Assembly: GCA_039932315.1 (NCBI GenBank)
Contig: JBDTQG010000001.1
Location: forward strand, 10,232-74,231
DNA: 64,000 nucleotides
Reading direction: 5' to 3'
Source of the DNA: Thermoanaerobaculia bacterium
Lineage (GTDB): Bacteria; Acidobacteriota; Thermoanaerobaculia; Multivoradales; JAGPDF01
In this document: one piece after another, positions 45,101 through 52,799 of the stretch
How positions within the stretch are numbered: the first letter of the stretch is position 1
Layout: each line of letters starts with the position of its first letter
Position numbers and translations under genes: made by a program
Notes under the pieces: generated by a model
Seen by the model: only the letters and a program-made list of their open reading frames with translations
Databases searched by the model: none
What the model was told of the DNA's origin: nothing

Positions 45101-45348
45101 GTCCGAGCGCGCGGAACGTTGTGGTCCGGGCGGAGCTCGGACTGGCGGCGCGCAATCGCTGGGTCGCGCTCGCGTCACTCGACGAGCTGGCCAGAATTCT
45201 CCCGGCGAATCCCGCCGAGCGACAGGCTCTCGTCCGGCGAGCGCAGGCCCTCCTGCGTGAAGTTCAGGAGATCTCGCCGCCGTCGGCCGGCCTTGAGAAG
45301 CGCGCCGAAGAAGAACTCGGGGCGCTCTTCCTCGCGCTCGCGCGTTAA
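42166..45348 (+). CDS. Polytopic membrane domain fused to a spermidine synthase-like domain and a C-terminal helical-repeat region
   Basis: The 1060-aa ORF overlaps its neighbour by ATGA. It has ~12 TM helices, then the motifs VVGLGAGHS, VDVVELEPEV and DAIVSQPSHPW. Its stop overlaps the convergent ada stop (TTAA at 45345-45348). Confidence 0.78.
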   Translation: MNVGTPPGRVETAGRRSRFRWFVSIACFLFSGASSLLFQTVWTQQFGLVFGASELAAVAVLAAFMSGLALGSYRGGIWSARSLRPLFSYGLVEAAIGLYALALPWLIGLAARAQQLVFEIDGFESARGVAWRTGFQLLGAGLLLLPPTFLMGASLPLLVRSGARQEGEVGGRIGWLYAANTVGAAAGALVTGFFLLPHLGVGRAAYVGIALNFAVAFLAVAASRGESRSTAGRTVETSNEEAGPVEPSRFSGAVAVAAVAGALALGQEIVCARLFTFALGSSVCALSTMLATFLLAIAVGTAIAARFATTAQKADRALPVALFIAGAANAMAMAGADQMPRFLDSDILHATPLASATLFAFVLMFPGAAALGTCFPLAARARTRGGESASRATGLVLAANTVGAVVGVTAVGLLLLPALGFGPLARLLSCLTLATAALAGMRDRRSLAIAAVALAVVLALRGPSTPWALLKTSPTAVLAGEKADAGGPARPRGRFTFAGPLEFAGFGQSSTVLLQKDGLEWRLSTNGLPESAVQPPGGRIARYAVARWLTLLPTALRAEVPRLLVVGLGAGHSLMNLPESVRTIDVVELEPEVLRANREISRYRDVDPLSDPRVRVHLGDARTTLALSRERFDAIVSQPSHPWTVGSASLFTAEFFSLVRTRLKPEGVFVQWIGTDFVDAPLVRSLLATLRGVFRHVECYRIAAGGALLFAASDQALLDPSIARIAIERDAAHWSPLGVESVEDVFLARLLDDEGTRHFSTGGTTNRDLENRLQTEAPKLIRRPADPAILEQALSPFDSLRELPAGLDGSYVVRRLLERGSPVRALRVATELADGSSRRAAFAWIDRGNGVSRRADNSTLIAMAETAGGQPGADEVAIRLLALSESSPGAEGRADRNAGLEAVAAGDRAAEVVVEAWRALAADGAADGPGLEDRLASVPPLHPLRDSARVADIALRRRSGEKSEVETAIREIDTLLARRPSARNVVVRAELGLAARNRWVALASLDELARILPANPAERQALVRRAQALLREVQEISPPSAGLEKRAEEELGALFLALAR

Positions 45349-46541
45349 CTTCGTTCGCGGTCGAGCAGCCGGCGTTTCCGGCGGATGCCCCACCGGTATC
45401 CCGTGAGCGCGCCGTCCTTCGCCACGACGCGGTGGCAGGGCACGACGACGGCGACGGGGTTCGCCGCGCAGGCGCGCGCCACGGCGCGCACCGCCCGCGG
45501 GGAGCCGATCGCGCGCGCGACCGCGCCGTAACTCGTCGTTTCGCCGCGCGGAATCTTCTGCAGCTCCCGCCAGACCAGGGTCTGGAACGGCGTCGCGGCG
45601 AGATCGAGCGGGAGAGAAGCCTTGCGGCCGGCGAGGAGCGAGCCGAACCGGGCAAAAAACTCCGCCAGCCCCTTCCGGTCCTCGACGATTTCGGCGTTGG
45701 GAAATTCGGCGACGAGCTCGCGACGGAGCGCTGGCGCACTCGCCCCGAGACGCGCGGCGCAGAGGCCGCGATCGGTGATCGCGAGCAGGAGCTGCCCGAG
45801 CGCGGTCCGGCGCGATGCGAATCGAATGCGGACGCCGAGGCCACCGCGACGGAACCGGCCAGGGGACATCCCGAGGTCGCGCCCGGCCGCGGAGTAGACC
45901 GCCGAAGCCGAACCGAATCCGGCTTCGAAACCGGCGTCGAGCACCGTGCGCGTTCCGGCGATCTCGCGCTTCAACCGCTCCGTGCGATGGGCGAGCTCGT
46001 ACTGTTTGGGAGACAGCCCGAGGCGCCGCGAGAATTCGCGTTGAAGATGGCCCGGAGACAGGTTGACGTCGGCGGCGAGGACGGCGAGCGGAACCGGCTC
46101 GCCGCCCGCTTCGTCGAGGAGAAGCCGCGCCCGCGCGATGGCGAGGTCGATCGCCGCGACCTCGTCCGGCCGGCAGCGCTTGCAGGCGCGAAAGCCGTTG
46201 GCGAGGGCTTCCGGACCGGCGGCAAAGAAGCGGACGTTCTCCCGCCGCGGCCGTCGCGCCGGGCACGAAGGCCGGCAGTAGATCGCCGTCGTCGTGACCG
46301 CGAAGACGAACGTTCCGTCCGCCGCGCGATCGCGCTCCGACACCGCGCGCCAGCGCGCGGTCGCGACATCGTCGTCGCTGGAGAGTTGTTTTCGGTAAGG
46401 GGATGTGGGGGCTTCGGACACGAGGGCGCGGGACTTCGATGGGATCGACTTCGGCGACGCTAACATCCGGAGAGCGATTTGAAGACGACGATCTTCTCGG
46501 TCGAGAGAGTCGGCGGCGGCGGACGGCAGGTGAACGGTCAT
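45345..46541 (-). CDS. ada: Bifunctional Ada-type regulator / methylated-DNA-protein-cysteine methyltransferase
   Basis: The ATG at 46541 lies within the 45345..46814 ORF and is preceded by AAGGAG. It has the N-Ada zinc site CRPSC...CKRC, an AraC-type HTH region and the Ogt active site VVPCHRVV. Confidence 0.85.
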   Translation of the reverse strand: MTVHLPSAAADSLDREDRRLQIALRMLASPKSIPSKSRALVSEAPTSPYRKQLSSDDDVATARWRAVSERDRAADGTFVFAVTTTAIYCRPSCPARRPRRENVRFFAAGPEALANGFRACKRCRPDEVAAIDLAIARARLLLDEAGGEPVPLAVLAADVNLSPGHLQREFSRRLGLSPKQYELAHRTERLKREIAGTRTVLDAGFEAGFGSASAVYSAAGRDLGMSPGRFRRGGLGVRIRFASRRTALGQLLLAITDRGLCAARLGASAPALRRELVAEFPNAEIVEDRKGLAEFFARFGSLLAGRKASLPLDLAATPFQTLVWRELQKIPRGETTSYGAVARAIGSPRAVRAVARACAANPVAVVVPCHRVVAKDGALTGYRWGIRRKRRLLDRERS

Positions 46542-46743
46542 CGGCGGCTCCTTGTCGGGATCGGGGCAACGGGGCAACGGGTGAATGGGTCCCCCTTTTG
46601 CCGAGAGCCAACCTATCCGCCGCCACGAGCGTCCGGCCACCGGTTTCCTGTCCTCAAACTTCACGGTCCCTGTGGTTTCGGCGCGCCGTGAACGGCTCGC
46701 CACGGGGCGGCGAGCGCCCCCTGGTGATAGCGTTTGCAGGCCT

Positions 46744-48111
46744 ATGAAAACCGTCCGTATCGCCAATGGCCAGGGCTTCTGGGGAGACAGCGTCGATGCT
46801 CCCCTCCATCTCATCGAAGGCGGGCCGATCGACTATCTCGGCATGGACTACCTCGCCGAAGTCACCCTCTCGATCATGATGCGGCAGAAGCTCAGGAATC
46901 CGGCCGCAGGCTATGCGACCGACTTCATCGACTTCATCCGCCGCGCGCTGCCGCAGCTCGTGGCGAAGAACATCCGCGTCGTGACCAACGCCGGCGGGCT
47001 CAATCCGAAAGCCTGCCGCGAGAAGATTTTCGAAGTCGCCCGGAGCCTGGGAATCTCGGGTTTCAAGGTCGGCGTGGTCGAAGGGGACGATCTGCTCGGC
47101 CGTCTGCCCGATCTGATGGCGCGAGGTCACGAGCTCAGGAACATGGATTCGGGAAAGCCACTCGGCCCGCACGTCGGTCAGGTGACTTCCGCCAACGCCT
47201 ACATCGGTGCGCGTCCGGTGGCCGAGGCGCTCGATGGCGGCGCGCTCATCGTGCTCTGCGGCCGGGTCACGGACACGGCGCTCGCGCTCGGTCCGCTGGT
47301 CCACGAATTCGGCTGGGCGGAGGACGACTGGAACCGGCTTGCGGCGGGAACGATCTGCGGCCACATCCTCGAATGTGGCGCCCAGGCGACGGGCGGCAAC
47401 TTCACGCGCTGGTGGGAGGTTCCCGATCTCTGGAAGGTCGGCTATCCGATCGCCGAGGTCGAATCCGATGGCAGCTTCGTCGTCACCAAGCATCCCGGGA
47501 CCGGCGGCATGGTCACGGTCGATACGGTTTCCGAACAGCTGGTTTACGAGATGGGCGATCCGAAAAGTTACATCACTCCGGACGTCACGGCCGATTTCTC
47601 GTCGATCCGCATTGCGCAGGACGGACCGGACCGGGTGCGGGTTTCCGGCATCGTCGGACGGCCGAAGACGCCGTTCCTGAAGATCTCGGCCTCCTACCTC
47701 GACGGTTTCAAGGCCGCGGGTCAGGTCACGGTTTCCGGACCTCGCGCCATCGAGAAGGCTCGCCTCGCGGCCGACATCATCTGGAAGCGGCTCGAGCGAG
47801 CCGGCGTCACGTTCGCGCCGGGTGACGCGGTGACGGAGCTGCTCGGTGTCGCCGGCGTGCTGCCGGGAATTCTCGCTGCGCCGGAAAATCCTCCGGAGGT
47901 CGTGCTGCGCCTCGCGGTGCGCGATGCCGACAGCAAGAAGGTGGATCGCTTCGGGAAGGAGATCGCTCCGCTGGTGACCGCGGGACCTCCGGGCGTGACC
48001 GGTTTCGCCGGTGGCCGGCCGAAGGCGCAGGAGGTCGTGGCGTACTGGCCGGCGCTGCTTGCGCGGGAAGAGATCGAACGCACGCTCGAAGTCACGGTGG
48101 AGGCGATCTGA
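46744..48111 (+). CDS. DUF1446 / AtuA-like protein
   Basis: The ATG at 46744 lies within the 46585..48111 ORF. The sequence begins MKTVRIANGQGFWGDSVDAPLHLIEGGPIDYLGMDYLAEVTL. Confidence 0.82.
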   Translation: MKTVRIANGQGFWGDSVDAPLHLIEGGPIDYLGMDYLAEVTLSIMMRQKLRNPAAGYATDFIDFIRRALPQLVAKNIRVVTNAGGLNPKACREKIFEVARSLGISGFKVGVVEGDDLLGRLPDLMARGHELRNMDSGKPLGPHVGQVTSANAYIGARPVAEALDGGALIVLCGRVTDTALALGPLVHEFGWAEDDWNRLAAGTICGHILECGAQATGGNFTRWWEVPDLWKVGYPIAEVESDGSFVVTKHPGTGGMVTVDTVSEQLVYEMGDPKSYITPDVTADFSSIRIAQDGPDRVRVSGIVGRPKTPFLKISASYLDGFKAAGQVTVSGPRAIEKARLAADIIWKRLERAGVTFAPGDAVTELLGVAGVLPGILAAPENPPEVVLRLAVRDADSKKVDRFGKEIAPLVTAGPPGVTGFAGGRPKAQEVVAYWPALLAREEIERTLEVTVEAI

Positions 48112-48113
48112 AG

Positions 48114-48449
48114 ATGGCGACGCAGCGTGTTCCGCTCTCTCGCATTGCCCACGCCCGCTCCGGCGACAAGGGCGACGCTTCGAACGTCGGACTCATCGCC
48201 GCTTCGCCGGCGCTCTACGAAGTTCTCGTGCGCGAGGTCACGGTCGAGCGGGTGCGCGAACACTTTCGTGAAATCTGCCGCGGTTCCGTCGAGCGTTTCG
48301 AAGTGCCGAACCTTTCGGCCCTCAACTTCCTCCTCCACGATGCGCTCGGCGGCGGCGGAACCGCCAGTCTTCTGACGGACGCCCAGGGCAAGACCCACGG
48401 CCAGGGAATGCTCGAAATGGAGATCGATGTTCCGGGGGAGCTCCTCTGA
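48114..48449 (+). CDS. DUF4387-like small protein (usual partner of DUF1446)
   Basis: The 111-aa ORF lies 2 nt after the AtuA-like gene and contains IAHARSGDKGDASNVG. Confidence 0.78.
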   Translation: MATQRVPLSRIAHARSGDKGDASNVGLIAASPALYEVLVREVTVERVREHFREICRGSVERFEVPNLSALNFLLHDALGGGGTASLLTDAQGKTHGQGMLEMEIDVPGELL

Positions 48450-49228
48450 GCCTGGTCGAAGCCCGTCGCGACGGAGATCTGCTGCACGTCGTCCTGAACG
48501 ATCCGGCGCGCGCCAACGCGCTCTCGCCAGCGCTCGCGGCCGAGCTCACCACGATCTATCGCCGCGATCTGCGCCGTGAGGGCGTGCGCGCCGTCCTGCT
48601 TTCGGGTACCGGTAAACATTTCTGCGCCGGCGCCGATCTCGAACATCTGCAGTCGCTGCAGAACGCGACTGCACTCGACAATCGGCTCGACTCCCGCCGG
48701 TTTCGCGACCTCTTCGAGTCGATCCTGCGTCAGGAAGCGCTGACGCTCGCTCTGGTTCAGGGCTCGTGTGTGGCCGGAGGCTGCGGGCTCGCGACGGCCT
48801 GCGATTTCATCGTCGCCGCGGAGAACGCCCGGTTTCTCTACAGCGAGGTGCGCATCGGATTCGTCGCTGCGATCGTCGCGACCTTCCTGCCCATGCGCGT
48901 GCGCGGCAGCGATCTTCGCGAGCTGCTCCTCAATCCCGACTTCGTCACCGCCGAACGGGCGCTCGAAATCGGGCTGGTGAATCGCGTGGCGCCGACACCG
49001 GAGCTCGCGGCGGCCGGTGCGCGGCTCGCGGACGAGATTCTCGGCAAAGCGAGCTCCGAGTCGATTGCGCGTACCAAACGTCTGCTTCTCGATCTTCCGG
49101 GCCTTACGCTTTCCGAGCGGCTCGATGCTGCGGCGGAGGCGAACGCCGGAGCGCGCTCGACCGCCGACTGCCGGCGTGGCATCGCCACGTTCCTTGCCGA
49201 GAAGAAGAGTCCGGACTGGCGCACGTGA
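48446..49228 (+). CDS. Enoyl-CoA hydratase/isomerase (crotonase) family protein
   Basis: The track ORF starts at a GTG at 48584. The conserved crotonase N-terminus (LSLVEARRDGDLLHVVLNDPARANAL) extends in frame to a CTG at 48446, which overlaps the upstream stop (CTGA). The sequence contains GKHFCAGADL. Confidence 0.78.
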   Translation: MSLVEARRDGDLLHVVLNDPARANALSPALAAELTTIYRRDLRREGVRAVLLSGTGKHFCAGADLEHLQSLQNATALDNRLDSRRFRDLFESILRQEALTLALVQGSCVAGGCGLATACDFIVAAENARFLYSEVRIGFVAAIVATFLPMRVRGSDLRELLLNPDFVTAERALEIGLVNRVAPTPELAAAGARLADEILGKASSESIARTKRLLLDLPGLTLSERLDAAAEANAGARSTADCRRGIATFLAEKKSPDWRT

Positions 49229-49908
49229 AGCTGCTGCTGTTCGACATCGACGGCACACTCATCGATTGCGGCGGTCAACCCAAGCCGCTCTTCGCCGATG
49301 CACTCGAGGAGATCTATGGCGCGCGCGCCGACGTGGGGTCCTACGACTTCTCCGGCAAGACCGATCCGCGCATTGTCGTCGATCTGATGTCGGCGGCGGG
49401 AGTGCCGATCGAGACGATTCATGCGCGGATGAGCGATGTCCGGGACGCCTATCTCGCGCGACTCGAACGCGCGCTCGAACCCGACCGTGTCCGCGTTCTG
49501 CCGGGAGTCGTGGAGCTTCTGACCCGCCTCGCCGGACGCGACGATGTGGAGATCGCCCTCCTCACGGGCAACTGGGAACGCGGCGCCGGAATCAAGCTCG
49601 GAAGCGTCGGGCTGCGCCGCTACTTCTCCTTCGGAAGTTACGGCGACGGTCAGACCGATCGCCGCGATCTGCCGCCGGTCGCCTGGTTGCGCGCCAGCGA
49701 GCACTGCGGTCGCGACTTCGCTCCGGAGTCCACCTGGATCCTCGGAGATTCGCTGCTCGATGTCGATTGCGCCCGGGCGCATACGATCCCTTGCCTTGCG
49801 GTCGCTACGGGCCGCACGCCGGCCGCTGCGTTGACCGAGGCGGGTGCTCACAGCGTTTTCGCCGACCTGACGGATATCGATCGCGTTCTCGCGACGGTGC
49901 TCGCGTGA
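49225..49908 (+). CDS. HAD-superfamily hydrolase
   Basis: The GTG start overlaps the upstream stop (GTGA). The sequence begins (M)KLLLFDIDGTL and contains LGDSLLDVDCA. Confidence 0.8.
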   Translation: MKLLLFDIDGTLIDCGGQPKPLFADALEEIYGARADVGSYDFSGKTDPRIVVDLMSAAGVPIETIHARMSDVRDAYLARLERALEPDRVRVLPGVVELLTRLAGRDDVEIALLTGNWERGAGIKLGSVGLRRYFSFGSYGDGQTDRRDLPPVAWLRASEHCGRDFAPESTWILGDSLLDVDCARAHTIPCLAVATGRTPAAALTEAGAHSVFADLTDIDRVLATVLA

Positions 49909-50849
49909 CGCGCCTGCCGGACGACGGACCCACGGCACGGCCGGAGCTCATCGTGCTCTCGCCATGGCCATGCGACCTGCTCGAGCTGCAGGGCCCGGAT
50001 CGGTTCCGGCTGCTCCAGGGTCTCGTCACGGCCGACGTCAAGGACCTCGCGCCCGGATCGGCAGCCAGCGGATTCTTCACCACGGGACAAGGCCGGATCC
50101 TCGCCGATTTCCGGATTTTCGAGCGCGTTGAAGGGAGCTGGCTGATGCTCCCCGAAGGCACGGGTGAGGCGATCCTCACGCACCTCACGAAATACAAGGT
50201 CGCCTCGCAGGTCGAGATGCGGCGCCTCGAGGGGCGGGTGCATTTCGAGGTGCGCGGTGGAGAGGACGCAGAAACTCAGGCGTCGGCACTGGTGCCGGGC
50301 GTGGGGAGCGATGCGGTCCGGCTCGTCGATGCCTCCGGCGCCGACGAGCGGCAGTGGATCTCGCTCGCGGCGGAAGAGGTCGAGGCCGAGCTCGGCGAAT
50401 GGCAACGAAGCTCCGGTGTCGAGCTGCGACGGCTGTCTCCGGGCGAGGCGGACCTGGCGCGGATCGAGCGCGGTGAGCTCCGCTTCGGCGTGGACTTCTC
50501 GGCCGAGAACTTTCCGCAGGAGACCGGCCGTGAGTCGGCGATCTCCTACACCAAGGGCTGTTATCTCGGTCAGGAGGTCGTGGCGCGGATCCACTATCGC
50601 GGCGGCGTGCAGCGGCAGCCGCGGGGGCTGCGCTTCACGGGAGCTCTGCCTCTCGCCGGTGCAGAGCTGCTGCTCGACGGCCGCGCGGTCGGCCGCGCGA
50701 CGAGTGTGGCGGCATCGCCGCAATTCGGCGCCATCGGGTTGGCTCTCGTTCACCAGCGCGGCGCAGCTCCGGGAACTCGTCTCGAGGTCGCCGGCGCTCC
50801 CGACGGCTCCGTCGCCGAGGTCGTCGCGCTGCCGTTCGGCGCCAGCTGA
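49905..50849 (+). CDS. ygfZ: YgfZ-type folate-binding protein (aminomethyltransferase fold)
   Basis: The GTG start overlaps the upstream stop (GTGA). It carries the signature SYTKGCYLGQEVVARIHYRG. Confidence 0.8.
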   Translation: MTRLPDDGPTARPELIVLSPWPCDLLELQGPDRFRLLQGLVTADVKDLAPGSAASGFFTTGQGRILADFRIFERVEGSWLMLPEGTGEAILTHLTKYKVASQVEMRRLEGRVHFEVRGGEDAETQASALVPGVGSDAVRLVDASGADERQWISLAAEEVEAELGEWQRSSGVELRRLSPGEADLARIERGELRFGVDFSAENFPQETGRESAISYTKGCYLGQEVVARIHYRGGVQRQPRGLRFTGALPLAGAELLLDGRAVGRATSVAASPQFGAIGLALVHQRGAAPGTRLEVAGAPDGSVAEVVALPFGAS

Positions 50850-50882
50850 AGATCGAATCCGGACTGATTCCTGAGAGTACCC

Positions 50883-50906
50883 GGTTGCGGAGATGAAACC
50901 GCAACT
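50883..50906. terminator. Hairpin between convergent ygfZ and erpA
   Basis: The arm ggttgcgg (50883-50890) pairs with ccgcaact (50899-50906) around an 8-nt loop. There is no U-tract on either strand. Confidence 0.3.
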
Positions 50907-50924
50907 CAGAGATTCAGCGGGCGC

Positions 50925-51332
50925 TCAGACGGCGAACGAAGATCCGCAGCCGCAGGTGCCGGTCGCTTTGGGGTTGTTGAACTTGAACCCGGCGCCGTTC
51001 ATCCCGAAGACGTAGTCGATGACCACGTCGGCGAGATATCCGGCGCTCACCGGATCGACGAAGACCCGCAGGCCGTCGACTTCGAAGGTTTCGTCTGTCG
51101 GCCGGGCCTCCTGCTCGAAATCGAGCGCGTACTGGAAGCCACTGCAGCCGCCGCCCATCACCGCGACCCGCAGGCCGAACGTTTCGTTCATGCCTTCCTG
51201 GGTGCGCGTGAGCTTGATCATCTCGATCGCTTTCGCGGTGAGTGTGACCGCCGGCGTCGCGGCAAGATCCGCCGTCGGCAGGCGCGAATCGGCAGCGGTG
51301 GCTTCAGGCTGGGAGTGCGGTTCCGGGCTCAT
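50925..51332 (-). CDS. erpA: IscA/ErpA-type iron-sulfur cluster insertion protein
   Basis: The ATG at 51332 lies within the 50925..51338 ORF and is preceded by GAGGAA. The sequence contains GGGCSGFQY and the C-terminal CGCGSSF. Confidence 0.85.
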   Translation of the reverse strand: MSPEPHSQPEATAADSRLPTADLAATPAVTLTAKAIEMIKLTRTQEGMNETFGLRVAVMGGGCSGFQYALDFEQEARPTDETFEVDGLRVFVDPVSAGYLADVVIDYVFGMNGAGFKFNNPKATGTCGCGSSFAV

Positions 51333-51410
51333 CGGCAAGAGTTCCTCTCAGACGGTATAACCGTGCGCTCAGGCGTTTTCTTCCCGGCGGGCGATTTCTG
51401 CTCGGCTCGT

Positions 51411-51466
51411 CGTCGGGCGCGGTCGGGCGCCGTCGGGCGTCGTCAGGCGTCGTCAGGCGTCGTCGA
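51411..51466. repeat. Tandem 10-bp repeat array (about 5.5 copies) in a divergent intergenic region
   Basis: The consecutive decamers are cgtcgggcgc, ggtcgggcgc, cgtcgggcgt, cgtcaggcgt, cgtcaggcgt and cgtcga..., lying between erpA (start 51332) and the HAD gene (start 51530). Confidence 0.9.
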
Positions 51467-51529
51467 GATCGCCCGGCACGACCCATTCTAGCCCAGAGGG
51501 CCCGGCGGATCCGCCGCTATCATCCGTCC

Positions 51530-52288
51530 GTGATCCGCGCTCTGCTGTTCGATTTCAACGGCATTCTGGTCGACGACGAACCGCTGCACGCGGAGCTCCT
51601 GCTGCGGGTACTGCGTGAAGAGGGCGTCGCAACGCTTCGGGTCGATGCGGAGCGCTTCCGCGGACTCGACGATCGCACCGCCCTTTCTGGAGCCCTCCGT
51701 GCCGCGGGAGAGGCGGCGCCGTCCGGCCGCGTGGCGCGCCTCGTTGTCCGGAAAGCCGCCTACTACCGCGAGACGATCCGCCGGCAGGGCTATCCCTACT
51801 TTGCCGGTGCTGTCGCCCTGGTGCGGGAAGCGGCGGCGGCGGGACTGCCGCTCGCGCTCGTCAGCGGCGCGCTGCGGGACGAGGTGGCGAGCGGTCTTGA
51901 GCAGGCGGGAATCGCGCGATTTTTCAAGGTGGTCGTGACGGCCGAGGACGTGCAGCGGGGAAAGCCGGATCCTCAGGGGTACGACCAGGCGCTGACGGCG
52001 CTCAACGGCAATCCGCCGCTCCCCGAGCGCCTCATTCATGCGCACGAGGGCGTCGCGATCGAAGACAGTTCGGCGGGGCTTGCCGCCGCGGCGGCCTGTG
52101 GGCTGCGCACTCTGGCGGTGGCGCCGAAGGGTCGGCTTGCCAAACCCCCGAACGCCGAAGCCTGCGTCGAGACCCTGAACGGCCTCCGCCTCTGCGACCT
52201 CGAGGCCATTCTCGATCGGCGCGAGAACCAACTGGCTCGGCGGGAGGCGAAAGTCCTGCGGAGTCGAATCGCCCGAGTGGAGAAGTGA
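51530..52288 (+). CDS. HAD-superfamily hydrolase (beta-phosphoglucomutase-like subfamily)
   Basis: The 252-aa ORF starts at GTG. It contains LLFDFNGILVDDEP, VSGALRDEV and IEDSSAGLAAA. Confidence 0.8.
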   Translation: MIRALLFDFNGILVDDEPLHAELLLRVLREEGVATLRVDAERFRGLDDRTALSGALRAAGEAAPSGRVARLVVRKAAYYRETIRRQGYPYFAGAVALVREAAAAGLPLALVSGALRDEVASGLEQAGIARFFKVVVTAEDVQRGKPDPQGYDQALTALNGNPPLPERLIHAHEGVAIEDSSAGLAAAAACGLRTLAVAPKGRLAKPPNAEACVETLNGLRLCDLEAILDRRENQLARREAKVLRSRIARVEK

Positions 52289-52300
52289 AGCGCCGGGGCG

Positions 52301-52654
52301 CTAGTTGATCGGTACCCGGGCGGAGAAACCTTCGTCGTAGCCGTGGAAATGCGCGAGGCCGGGCTCCGGATGACGCCAGCAGTAATAGCCGTCACCGCAG
52401 TCCCAGTCGACCAGCCAGGGGCCTTTCACGCTGAGACCGAGAGCTTCGATCTCGCGTGCCCACTGTTCGACGACTTGCTGATGCGACGCTTCGAGCTCGC
52501 TGCGGCGGATCGTCTCGAGATCGTCGGCGTCGAGCTCCCGGATGAGCGCCGCGACCTCCATCACCGCTTCGGCGGTCAGGTCGCGCACGACGGGAAAGAC
52601 GGACAGGGCCTCGTCGTAGCTGAAAATGCGCGGAGTCTTGAGACGCACGACCAC
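52301..52654 (-). CDS. DUF2203-like protein
   Basis: The 117-aa ORF contains FSYDEALSVFPVV...GPWLVDWDCGDGYYCWRHPE...FHGYDEGF. Confidence 0.72.
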   Translation of the reverse strand: MVVRLKTPRIFSYDEALSVFPVVRDLTAEAVMEVAALIRELDADDLETIRRSELEASHQQVVEQWAREIEALGLSVKGPWLVDWDCGDGYYCWRHPEPGLAHFHGYDEGFSARVPIN

Positions 52655-52799
52655 AGCCGCAGTTTAACATTCGCAAGACTCTCTTCTGCGGAATCCCTGG
52701 CATCGTCGGCAGGATGGGCGAGCTGTTTGCCCGCTGCGGTCGCGCTCGATATCTTGCAGTCATGGATGGCAGAGATGAGGGCTAGCGGTGGACCCGAGA

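Noticed and set aside
50850-50924. A 75-nt convergent intergenic gap of tRNA-like size that contains 'tcgaatcc'
   Set aside because: No cloverleaf can be drawn. The only stable stem (50883-50906) has an 8-nt loop without the T-loop consensus, and no acceptor pairing exists.
51411-51466. A CRISPR array, considered because of the regular repeats
   Set aside because: The units are 10 bp and directly adjacent with no spacers, so this is a microsatellite-like tandem repeat and not a repeat-spacer array. No cas genes lie in the window.
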